Source of the DNA: an uncultured archaeon
Lineage (GTDB): Archaea; Asgardarchaeota; Lokiarchaeia; Sigyniarchaeales; Promethearchaeaceae
Assembly: GCA_964426185.1 (NCBI GenBank)
Contig: CAYRPF010000096.1
Span: 1 to 9,622, forward strand
Reading direction: 5' to 3'
Length of the DNA: 9,622 bases
Part shown: piece after piece, positions 1 to 6,991 of the stretch
Layout: every line of letters begins with the position of its first letter
Numbering within the stretch: position 1 is the first letter of the stretch
Made by a program: the position numbers and the translations under genes
Notes under the pieces: generated by a model
Database searches by the model: none
What the model was told of the DNA's origin: nothing
Seen by the model: only the letters and a program-made list of their open reading frames with translations

Positions 1-71
1 GAAAATAGAATGAGTTGTACAGAAAAATAAGGGGTTCTCAGAAAGTTTAAATCGCGATCGGCTGCTATAAT

Positions 72-84
72 AAAAAAAAAAAAA
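72..84 (-). terminator. T13 tract on the minus strand; possible archaeal oligo-U terminator
   Basis: A13 on the + strand at 72-84, downstream of the yhbY-rnp4-nep1 cluster. Archaeal intrinsic termination uses oligo-T, but this tract lies about 280 nt past the nep1 stop. Confidence 0.25.
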
Positions 85-212
85 GGTTTGGCACCGTACT
101 CTGGATCAAATCCAATCTCTGCGATTTTTGCTTCAGCTTTGTTTAGATTACGACTGAGGAAACGTTCCAATTACTCATTTGCTAATCGTATATTTATCGT
201 GTGTAATTCAGA
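84..212 (-). pseudogene. Probable remnant of a ClpB/ClpC-family C-terminal (D2-small) domain
   Basis: Minus-strand translation gives SELHTINIRLANE*LERFLSRNLNKAEAKIAEIGFDPEYGAKP. IAEIGFDPEYGAKP matches the Clp D2-small signature (LAExGYDPxYGARP). There is an in-frame TAA at 173-171 and an apparent short deletion before KAEAK. Similarity stops at a T13 run (72-84), and there is no AAA+ module upstream. Confidence 0.55.
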
Positions 213-367
213 TTATGATTCGGGAGTTTCTCTTTTTTCATGACGACCGGGAGATACTGAAGATTATTAGGAGAACAGATTAAAGAAATTACCATGGATC
301 CCACCACATTTATTTTTCTGCGTTTTGACGCTGAAAATTCAACAACAACACCATGAATGATAAGTAG

Positions 368-1054
368 TTAAAGTTCCAATGCCATTTCGGCAATTACTAA
401 CAATCTATTAACCACAGTCCATGCATTCAATGGGTGGGAACTAAATGCTATTTTTTTTACGTTAAGATTTCGAATTTCGGTTGAAAATTCCCCTTTTTGA
501 AATCCACCCACTAAAAAGGCAATATTTTCCGAGGAATTTAATGCAATTTTTTCCTTTACTCGATTCTGTAATTCTCCCCCTGAAACATTTTTTCCATTTT
601 CACTTAGTAAAAAGACACTTTCAGGTTTAAATTGAGATTTTAACCATTCTGAAAGAGTTTCCTTTCTTTTAAAAATTAAATAAGGAGGTTGAGGCGGAAT
701 ATGCTCCAAATCAAGAAGTTGAGCCATTAATCCTTTAAACCGAATGTAATCTCTCGGACATCGCATATCTGATTCTATTGTAAAAAAACCATCTGGACCA
801 TGAAAATGAATTCCCAGTTTCTTATGCAAATTTAGAATTGAGCTTGAAGTGTCCAGTATAAAATGAAAAAGAATATCTGGTCTTCCCCTTTTTTCACTTT
901 CTGGCAGAGTTTTTATAATTCCATGGTGAAGTGCTACATCAAGAATTTCTCCCGCGCGTTTGTATTTCTCCAGATTCTTACGTACACTTTGATGTTGCTT
1001 GATATTTTCTGGTATTCTCTCCAATGCTGTATCTACCAAGATAATATGGATCAT
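368..1054 (-). CDS. nep1: 16S rRNA pseudouridine N1-methyltransferase Nep1/Emg1 (SPOUT class)
   Basis: 228 aa. N-terminal IILVDTALE, then GRPDI, RCPRDYIRFKGLMAQL and the SPOUT SAM-binding loop VGGFQKG, all typical of archaeal Nep1. Confidence 0.93.
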   Translation of the reverse strand: MIHIILVDTALERIPENIKQHQSVRKNLEKYKRAGEILDVALHHGIIKTLPESEKRGRPDILFHFILDTSSSILNLHKKLGIHFHGPDGFFTIESDMRCPRDYIRFKGLMAQLLDLEHIPPQPPYLIFKRKETLSEWLKSQFKPESVFLLSENGKNVSGGELQNRVKEKIALNSSENIAFLVGGFQKGEFSTEIRNLNVKKIAFSSHPLNAWTVVNRLLVIAEMALEL

Positions 1055-1083
1055 TCGTGGAGTTTCTCCATTTTTTAGATGAA

Positions 1084-1503
1084 TTAATTACGATTCTGCT
1101 TTTTTTCTGGATTTTTGGGTTGTAATGATGAAATCCATTTCAAATGCTGGCATGCAGGACCTTTGTATGGGTAACGGGTGGTATGGCCGCAATCCAAGCA
1201 AGTAACAGCCAAATAACTGGCATAGTTTTTCATCTGACCTAAGCGGTATCTGGCATTAACTCCCGCTTTCAGCCAGTGTTTACAGTGATGACAAATTTGA
1301 TGGCGGTATTTGGGGGGAATATTTATCTTGGTTGCCATAGCCAGTCTTCTGGCATGCTCTATATATCTATGCGCTAAAGTGGGATTATTTGATATAATTA
1401 TGTTTGCCTGGTTAAAAAAATAATCAATACGTTCCAAGGCTGCTTGTTGCATAATTTTTTGCCTTTTTTGGCGTTTGGAATAGTAACGCCGTGATTTTCC
1501 CAC
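1084..1503 (-). CDS. rnp4: Ribonuclease P protein component 4 (Rpp21/Rpr2)
   Basis: 139 aa with a GTG start preceded by the SD-like AAGGAG (1520-1515). Motifs ALERIDYFF and LAHRYIEHARRLAM, plus a zinc ribbon ICHHC...VTCLDCGHTTRYP. Confidence 0.93.
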   Translation of the reverse strand: MGKSRRYYSKRQKRQKIMQQAALERIDYFFNQANIIISNNPTLAHRYIEHARRLAMATKINIPPKYRHQICHHCKHWLKAGVNARYRLGQMKNYASYLAVTCLDCGHTTRYPYKGPACQHLKWISSLQPKNPEKKQNRN

Positions 1504-1514
1504 GGTTATTAAAT

Positions 1515-1520
1515 CTCCTT
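1515..1520 (-). promoter_or_regulatory. Shine-Dalgarno-like site for rnp4
   Basis: AAGGAG directly follows the yhbY stop and lies 11 nt before the GTG at 1503, consistent with co-transcription of yhbY and rnp4. Confidence 0.55.
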
Positions 1521-2234
1521 TTATTTTCTTTTTGAATAATTTTTGGATCGACCAGATTTACGATAGGAAGAGTTTTTTCTTGATTTTCCTTTTTTTGCTG
1601 GCTTTCGTGAATATGAAGAGCTCGCTCCTTTTTTATTTCTGGATTTTTTTTTGGAGTTTTTTACATTAAATTTTTTCTTTTGTTTCTGTGGAGGTTTTCT
1701 AATTATTCCTTGTGTTTTTTCCTTCGACTCCATTGCCGAAGTGGAAGAATGGTCAACTTTTCCATAGATTTCATCACTGATTTCATCAATTTCCGCCATT
1801 AATTCTTCATTATCATAATCGATGAATTCTGGTTCCTCTTCCAGATATTCGGAAACTTCATTTTCTCCATTTTCATCCTTATTTAATTGAAGGTTTGAAG
1901 GATTCTCTATTATTGCTTCTTCTGATTTGGTTGATATGGAATCTTTCATGTTTTTATATTTTTTGGGGATTCTAACACCCTTAACTGCTTTTTTAGAAAT
2001 TACCGCAGTAAATCCCCGAACATCTAACACAAAAATGCCAAGATTCTTTATGAGATATTCGAGAAAGTAATCAATTCCATATTCTTGGGCAACTTCTTTC
2101 ATAATTTTAATTTTAAGCATCTTGTTAGATTTGAAAAGCTCGCGTATATGAGCAAGCATGTTGGGTGTAATTCCATTCTTTCCGATGATTACATGAGCCC
2201 TATTCTGTAAGATGGTTTGAAATTCATCATTCAT
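1521..2234 (-). CDS. yhbY: YhbY/CRM-domain RNA-binding protein with a long acidic-then-basic C-terminal extension
   Basis: Residues ~1-82 carry the CRM signature (VIIGKNGIT...MLKIKI...DVRGFTAVIS). The gene is adjacent to rnp4, a usual archaeal neighbour. The remaining ~155 aa are low-complexity. Confidence 0.82.
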   Translation of the reverse strand: MNDEFQTILQNRAHVIIGKNGITPNMLAHIRELFKSNKMLKIKIMKEVAQEYGIDYFLEYLIKNLGIFVLDVRGFTAVISKKAVKGVRIPKKYKNMKDSISTKSEEAIIENPSNLQLNKDENGENEVSEYLEEEPEFIDYDNEELMAEIDEISDEIYGKVDHSSTSAMESKEKTQGIIRKPPQKQKKKFNVKNSKKKSRNKKGASSSYSRKPAKKGKSRKNSSYRKSGRSKNYSKRK

Positions 2235-2335
2235 TCTTTGTCATTCAAGTTAAAGAAGCATGATGGATAAATTTTTGGAGAAAGATTTCTTCATGATCTT
2301 TGGTTCATTTCAATCATCTCAAAAATGCAATAAAA

Positions 2336-2794
2336 TTAATTTTTTGGTTGTTGCCCAAACCAATTCTGAAAATTATCTATCCAATTGATGAAAATCTCCC
2401 TAAATCTATCAAAAGTCGATTTTATTAGAGAATAGTGAATGAAATTCCCTTTTTTCCAACCTTGAATGAGTTGTGCTTTCTCAAGTTTTTTCAGATCACG
2501 AGATACGGCAGGCTGACTTTTTTGCAACAGAGCCTCAAATTCACAAGAGCACATATCTTTTAGAGAGAGTGCCTCAATAATCATCATACGGTCAGGGTTA
2601 GATAATACTGAGAACATTCGATTTAAATATTGCAAATTGTCATTATTGCGTATTTCTTTCGATTTTTTCTGTAAATTGCGGTAATGCGAAACCGAATCAT
2701 CAATATCATCGCAATTACTTAATATATGGCATATTCTCTCTTCAAAAGGTGTTAGTTCATCTGAATTTAAGTGAAAAATTTCTTTCGTTGGCAT
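2336..2794 (-). CDS. arsR: ArsR/SmtB-family metalloregulator (arsenite-responsive repressor)
   Basis: FSVLSNPDRMMII; DMCSCEF (the ELCVCDL-type metal site); SQPAVSRDLKKL HTH; wing KKGNFIHYSL. Divergent from acr3. Confidence 0.88.
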   Translation of the reverse strand: MPTKEIFHLNSDELTPFEERICHILSNCDDIDDSVSHYRNLQKKSKEIRNNDNLQYLNRMFSVLSNPDRMMIIEALSLKDMCSCEFEALLQKSQPAVSRDLKKLEKAQLIQGWKKGNFIHYSLIKSTFDRFREIFINWIDNFQNWFGQQPKN

Positions 2795-2818
2795 GGTATT
2801 ATTATGAATAAAAATGCA

Positions 2819-2837
2819 ATAATCTTTTAAAGATTAT
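2819..2837. promoter_or_regulatory. Perfect 9-1-9 inverted repeat over the putative arsR TATA box; candidate ArsR operator
   Basis: ATAATCTTT-T-AAAGATTAT. The minus strand reads TTTAAAAG about 30 nt upstream of the arsR ATG (2794). Confidence 0.55.
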
Positions 2838-2901
2838 GATCATGAATATGTATAACAATTTTTAAATATTAATTCTAATTTCTAAATATTGAAATTACTT
2901 G

Positions 2902-2950
2902 AAATTTGGTGAGTTTTTTTTGCATTTTCACTCTATACTCTACCAAATTT
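2902..2950. repeat. Imperfect inverted repeat upstream of acr3
   Basis: AAATTTGGTGAGT (2902-2914) pairs with ACTCTACCAAATTT (2937-2950) with one bulged base and a 22-nt spacer. Confidence 0.5.
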
Positions 2951-2985
2951 AGTGCATTTACAACGAAAATGAATATGTGATTACC

Positions 2986-4068
2986 ATGGAAAATTCAGAA
3001 CAAAAAGTCACAGTTGGAGAATCTGAGATCAAAGGAGGGAAAGAGAAAGAGGAAAAACTGAGTTTCTTCGAAAAATTTCTGGTGGTCTGGATTCCGCTAT
3101 GCATGCTTGCGGGAATTCTACTGTCTCAGTACACTAATCTGGGGAGTGCAATTGACTCTTGGTCGGTCCGAGGTATTTCCATACCAATCGGAATCTGCTT
3201 GTTTCTAATGATGTATCCTGCAGTTTTAAATTTACAAGCTTCAGAATTGAAAAAATTAAAGGATAACCCCAAACCCATAATTTTAACATTAGTATCAAAT
3301 TGGATTGTTGCTCCCTTAGTTGGTTTTGGACTGGCAAAATTATTCTTGGGAGATAACGATCAATTATTTGTGGCGGTTATCTTGCTCAGCTCCAGTCCTT
3401 GTACGGCCATGGTATTGGTATGGGGTTCAATGGCACATGGAAATCAAGAGCAGAATGTGCTCAATACCAGTATAAACACCATCACGATTATGATATTCTA
3501 TGCACCCTTGGTGGCTTTTCTCACGGGGATTCAAAACATTGAAGTAGATCGAGTGAGTTTAGCCATTTCTGTATTGGTGTTTATTGGTCTTCCGATTATA
3601 TTGGGAATTATCACACGAAAAACAATTATACCTCGAAAAGGAGAGAAATGGTTCAACGAAGTTTATAGGCCTATTTTAGGCAAAATTTCAATCGTCGCTT
3701 TATTAACCACGTTGATAGTGTTATTTGCTTTGAATGGAAATACCTTATTGGCAAATCCTGAGTTATTGCTTCTCGTATCTGCACCATTATTACTGGGTTT
3801 TGTTATAGTGGTTGGATATAATGTATTAATCACCAAACTTTTCAGACTCAAATACCGGGAGGCAGTAGTAACCGTAATTATTGGATCTTCCAGCCATTTT
3901 GAAATTGCTATTGCTACTGCAGTTACAGCTTACGGTGTTGGTTCAGTGGCTGCCTTAGGGACCACCATGGGTTTATTCTGGGAAATTCCGGTGATGCTTA
4001 GCTTGGTGTATTTTGGTCGATATTTAGGTAAAAAGCATTTTTGGCCTCCAAATACTCCTAATATGTGA
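2986..4068 (+). CDS. acr3: ACR3-family arsenite efflux transporter
   Basis: LSFFEKFLVVWIPLCM, PIGICLFLMMYP, SNWIVAP, PCTAMVLVW (conserved Cys) and SSHFEIAIA (conserved Glu); about 10 hydrophobic segments. ATG 2986 is preferred over the in-frame GTG at 2977. Confidence 0.95.
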   Translation: MENSEQKVTVGESEIKGGKEKEEKLSFFEKFLVVWIPLCMLAGILLSQYTNLGSAIDSWSVRGISIPIGICLFLMMYPAVLNLQASELKKLKDNPKPIILTLVSNWIVAPLVGFGLAKLFLGDNDQLFVAVILLSSSPCTAMVLVWGSMAHGNQEQNVLNTSINTITIMIFYAPLVAFLTGIQNIEVDRVSLAISVLVFIGLPIILGIITRKTIIPRKGEKWFNEVYRPILGKISIVALLTTLIVLFALNGNTLLANPELLLLVSAPLLLGFVIVVGYNVLITKLFRLKYREAVVTVIIGSSSHFEIAIATAVTAYGVGSVAALGTTMGLFWEIPVMLSLVYFGRYLGKKHFWPPNTPNM

Positions 4069-4295
4069 TTATTTTTTCTTGATCAAACTTGATCACATTT
4101 AAATTAGCTGCGGTTCCAGTCTAATCTCGAAAATGTTGCTGAATTGAAGGAAAAGAGTCAAGAATAGATGCCTATTTTATGTATTCATCCATTATCATTA
4201 AAGGTTCAATGAACACCCTTTCTTTTTTCATACTCAAGAAAGAAACAATTTCAGAAAATATCCAAGTATTAAAAAAGAAAAGAATTAAGTTACAT

Positions 4296-5117
4296 TTACT
4301 GCTTATTTGGCCGAAAGTAAATTGTCATCAACCAAATGACTATAATCGAGGATAAACATATAGAAATAATATGCAAAAAGGGCGGAATATCTATACCATT
4401 TGAATATAAATAAAATACATATCCTGCCAAAATTCCAACCACTACAATAAAACTAATGGTTTGCTTTGGTTTTTTTTTAAGCTCCGATAAATTATTGAAT
4501 TCTGGATGAGAATTAACTAAAAAAATACTTGAAAATTTATACAAAATAATAATTAATCCCAATTTGAAAAAATCACCAGGCAAATAAGGGAAAAATCCAA
4601 CCGATAATGCTTTGGTTATTGAAATTTCTTGCAATAATAAGCCGATTAATCCAAAAATATAAATACACATATTTGCGATAATTCCAATTCCAATTAAATT
4701 TCTGAAATCGCCGAAATCCGGTATTTTTTCCTTCATCCAACCTGTTATCCATGCAGAAACTAAGAATCCAATTAAATATCCTCCGCTTGGGCCATATAAG
4801 ACCACCATGCCGGATTTCATTCCTGAAAACCATGGAATCCCGAGAATTCCAGCTCCGATATATAATAACTGTGCCAAAGTGCCATTCTTTTTTCCTAAAA
4901 TCATTCCCGACAGAATTACAGCAAAAGTTTGCAAAGTAATTGGTATGGGAGTAAATGGTAATGGGATAGAAATAACCCCTCCCAAACCAGTAAGCAGTGT
5001 GAAGGATATGATTGCCATTAAAGAGGTAAAGTTTGAAACCATAATTTCGGATTTCTGATCTCCTGATATTTGTGCTAGCTTTTGTGGTCCATGATGTGGA
5101 TTTGATTTTAAGTACAT
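4296..5117 (-). CDS. bioY: BioY-family biotin transporter (ECF S-component) with a C-terminal two-helix extension
   Basis: PFTPIPITLQTFAV, LYIGAGILGIPWFSG, GPSGGYLIGF and PYLPGDFFK (DxxK biotin-binding motif). ATG 5117 is preferred over TTG 5126 because a TATA-like TTTTATAC lies at 5148-5141. Confidence 0.9.
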   Translation of the reverse strand: MYLKSNPHHGPQKLAQISGDQKSEIMVSNFTSLMAIISFTLLTGLGGVISIPLPFTPIPITLQTFAVILSGMILGKKNGTLAQLLYIGAGILGIPWFSGMKSGMVVLYGPSGGYLIGFLVSAWITGWMKEKIPDFGDFRNLIGIGIIANMCIYIFGLIGLLLQEISITKALSVGFFPYLPGDFFKLGLIIILYKFSSIFLVNSHPEFNNLSELKKKPKQTISFIVVVGILAGYVFYLYSNGIDIPPFLHIISICLSSIIVIWLMTIYFRPNKQ

Positions 5118-5140
5118 AATGATCAAAAGAATGTTTATTT

Positions 5141-5148
5141 GTATAAAA
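5141..5148 (-). promoter_or_regulatory. Putative TATA box for bioY (leaderless or short leader)
   Basis: TTTTATAC on the minus strand, 24-31 nt upstream of ATG 5117. Confidence 0.4.
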
Positions 5149-5231
5149 TATCTTCTATCTAATACTGAAAATCTATTCCTTTTTGAATATAATTTCTCTG
5201 CATGGCAATAACCAACGCCGCTTTCTATAAA

Positions 5232-5239
5232 TTTTATAA
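5232..5239 (+). promoter_or_regulatory. Putative TATA box for the 560-aa membrane protein gene
   Basis: TTTTATAA 32-39 nt upstream of ATG 5271. Confidence 0.4.
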
Positions 5240-5270
5240 CTGAAAAAGACAGATTACTAATTAGATTATA

Positions 5271-6953
5271 ATGAAACGTTATTCATCTATAGATTTCTTG
5301 CGGGGTTTAGCCATTGTATTAATGATAATATTACATACGATTAGCGACACTTTGGATATAGACACCTTAACTTCAGATTTAAGCGCTCTTCCCATAATTC
5401 AAATACTGTTGCTGCTGGTCCTACCTTTTTTTGGTGGACTTGCTGGCTTCTTTTTGATGGTTTCGGCAATAGGAAATGTGATTTCCATGCAAAGAAATTT
5501 AGAAAAAGGGATGGATGCAAAAACTCTAATTTTTCGGCAAGTATTGGGTGGATTTTTGTTGTTAATTTTTGCCATGCTTTCCGAAGCAGTAATTGGTTAT
5601 CATGGGACCTTGGGCGAGGTTTTTCTGCATCTTAATGATCTATCTCAAGGGCATTACGATCAATGGGCTTGGCGCTTTCTTCATTTTGAGACGGTAAACA
5701 CTATAGCTTGGTGTATCATCCTAAATGGTTTAGTGCATGCTATTATGACAAGAAATGGTAAATGGAAAAACGTTACCAAACTTATGCGCAACTATTTACT
5801 CTTAATTGTTATCGTTTTAGCTTTAACACCTTTAATATGGTGGTTGGCAGACAAAATCCTTCCTGGGTATCCCTATGCAACCGATCCTGAAACGGGAAAG
5901 TCACTTCTTTATGGATATATTGGAAAGTCTTCTTTCCTTGATATCGTGCTCCGTTTCTTTTTAGGACCATTAGCTGCCAGTTGGGAACCTGTTTTTCCAT
6001 ATTTAGCCGCCAGCTTTATTGGCAGTATAATTGGTATTTATATAAATCAAGATCCAAAGGAAATTAAAACCCATTGGCTTAAAAAATTCTTGTTAGTTGG
6101 TTTAATTATGTTCATTGTAGGCGGTATTGGAGTAATCACAAATATCGTTTTGGTAATGATGAACGAGGGGTTAGATAGCACACTGAATTTGTATCTTTTA
6201 ATATCCGAACATCGATACTGGACTGTAGCAAATGGAGTTCCTATATTAGGGTGGTTGTTTCAATTTTTGTTTTTAAACGGTTTTACGATTTGTGGCATTT
6301 TGCTTTTAATTCGGCTTGTTGAGTTTCGTGGAAAAGGTCAAAAATTTGCTGAAAAGACCAAATTTATCCGAAGAATGGGTTTTATTGCATTTACCATCTA
6401 TACTGCTCAATGGGTCTATAATTTCTTCTACTTTGTGGTTTCATCTATCAATGGAGCTCCTTATCAGCGATTTTTCTGGAACGGAACTTTAATTACACTT
6501 GCCCTAACTTTTATTGCATTCTATATAATTACTGTTTTATGGGAAAAGGTTGGATACATAGGAAGTTTGGAATGGATGATAGCATCGATTGCCTTATTGG
6601 TAATTCCTGGAAAAAAGAGTGCAGAATTAAAGAAAAAATGGCCCAAGGATGTCTTGAATGTTGAAAATGCATTCTATGATGCAGAGTGGCTTGATATTAT
6701 TCCGAGTGAGAAGATAAACCCAAAAGCTCTTCCAGATTCAAGACTTTCATCCAAAATTAGTGCATTGGGATTTTTGTTCTTTCCAGGATCATTCATCGGA
6801 TTGACAATTGCGATTAATTCCGAAAAGAGAGAAGGCAGAAATAAGTGGAATAGAAGAGGCAAGATATTTGGAATATTAGGTGTTGTTTTCTTTTTCACTT
6901 GGGTGTCCTTGTTGTCGTTTCTCAAACTCTCTACCTTTGGAATAAGTTTATAG
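5271..6953 (+). CDS. Polytopic membrane protein of the DUF1624/HGSNAT-like transmembrane acyltransferase superfamily, with a DUF418-like GSLEW motif and a C-terminal helical hairpin
   Basis: N-terminal RYSSIDFLRGLAIVLMIILH matches the R-x2-S-x-D-x2-RG...H signature. It also has FFLMVSAIG, PVFPYLA, a late MGFIAFTIY...GSLEW segment and more than 10 hydrophobic segments. The substrate is unknown. Confidence 0.65.
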   Translation: MKRYSSIDFLRGLAIVLMIILHTISDTLDIDTLTSDLSALPIIQILLLLVLPFFGGLAGFFLMVSAIGNVISMQRNLEKGMDAKTLIFRQVLGGFLLLIFAMLSEAVIGYHGTLGEVFLHLNDLSQGHYDQWAWRFLHFETVNTIAWCIILNGLVHAIMTRNGKWKNVTKLMRNYLLLIVIVLALTPLIWWLADKILPGYPYATDPETGKSLLYGYIGKSSFLDIVLRFFLGPLAASWEPVFPYLAASFIGSIIGIYINQDPKEIKTHWLKKFLLVGLIMFIVGGIGVITNIVLVMMNEGLDSTLNLYLLISEHRYWTVANGVPILGWLFQFLFLNGFTICGILLLIRLVEFRGKGQKFAEKTKFIRRMGFIAFTIYTAQWVYNFFYFVVSSINGAPYQRFFWNGTLITLALTFIAFYIITVLWEKVGYIGSLEWMIASIALLVIPGKKSAELKKKWPKDVLNVENAFYDAEWLDIIPSEKINPKALPDSRLSSKISALGFLFFPGSFIGLTIAINSEKREGRNKWNRRGKIFGILGVVFFFTWVSLLSFLKLSTFGISL

Positions 6954-6957
6954 TGCA

Positions 6958-6978
6958 AAAAGAAAGTAAGTTTCTTTT
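6958..6978. terminator. AT-rich hairpin between convergent genes; possible bidirectional terminator
   Basis: AAAAGAAA-gtaag-TTTCTTTT gives a T-rich tract on both strands in the 38-nt gap between the stops at 6953 and 6992. Confidence 0.4.
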
Positions 6979-6991
6979 GGATATCAAAGTT

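Noticed and set aside
215-260. C/D box sRNA (ATGACGA at 240-246, CTGA at 257-260)
   Set aside because: No convincing C box or D' box for a second guide; such short motifs arise by chance.
146-300. RNase P RNA, suggested by GAGGAAACGTTCC near rnp4
   Set aside because: Only a loose resemblance to the GAGGAAAGUCC motif. There is no matching 3' conserved region and no GC-rich helices, and the opposite strand is better explained as a Clp relic.
194-367. Open frame of about 57 codons continuing in frame after the nep1 TAA (possible read-through)
   Set aside because: Nep1 already ends at its normal family C-terminus, the stop is TAA rather than TGA/TAG, and the extension resembles nothing recognisable.
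863-1078. 71-aa plus-strand ORF
   Set aside because: Antisense shadow of nep1 with no recognisable motifs.
3134-3851. 67-aa and 62-aa minus-strand ORFs
   Set aside because: Antisense to the well-supported acr3 gene.
4069-4295. acr3-bioY intergenic region as an sRNA or gene remnant (CTTGATCA x2)
   Set aside because: Only a short repeat and T/A-rich tracts expected between convergent genes; no supported structure or coding similarity.
4573-5058. 86-, 62- and 83-aa ORFs overlapping bioY
   Set aside because: Alternative-frame or antisense shadows of bioY.
5809-6958. 63-aa and 94-aa minus-strand ORFs
   Set aside because: Antisense to the 560-aa membrane protein gene, with no independent evidence.
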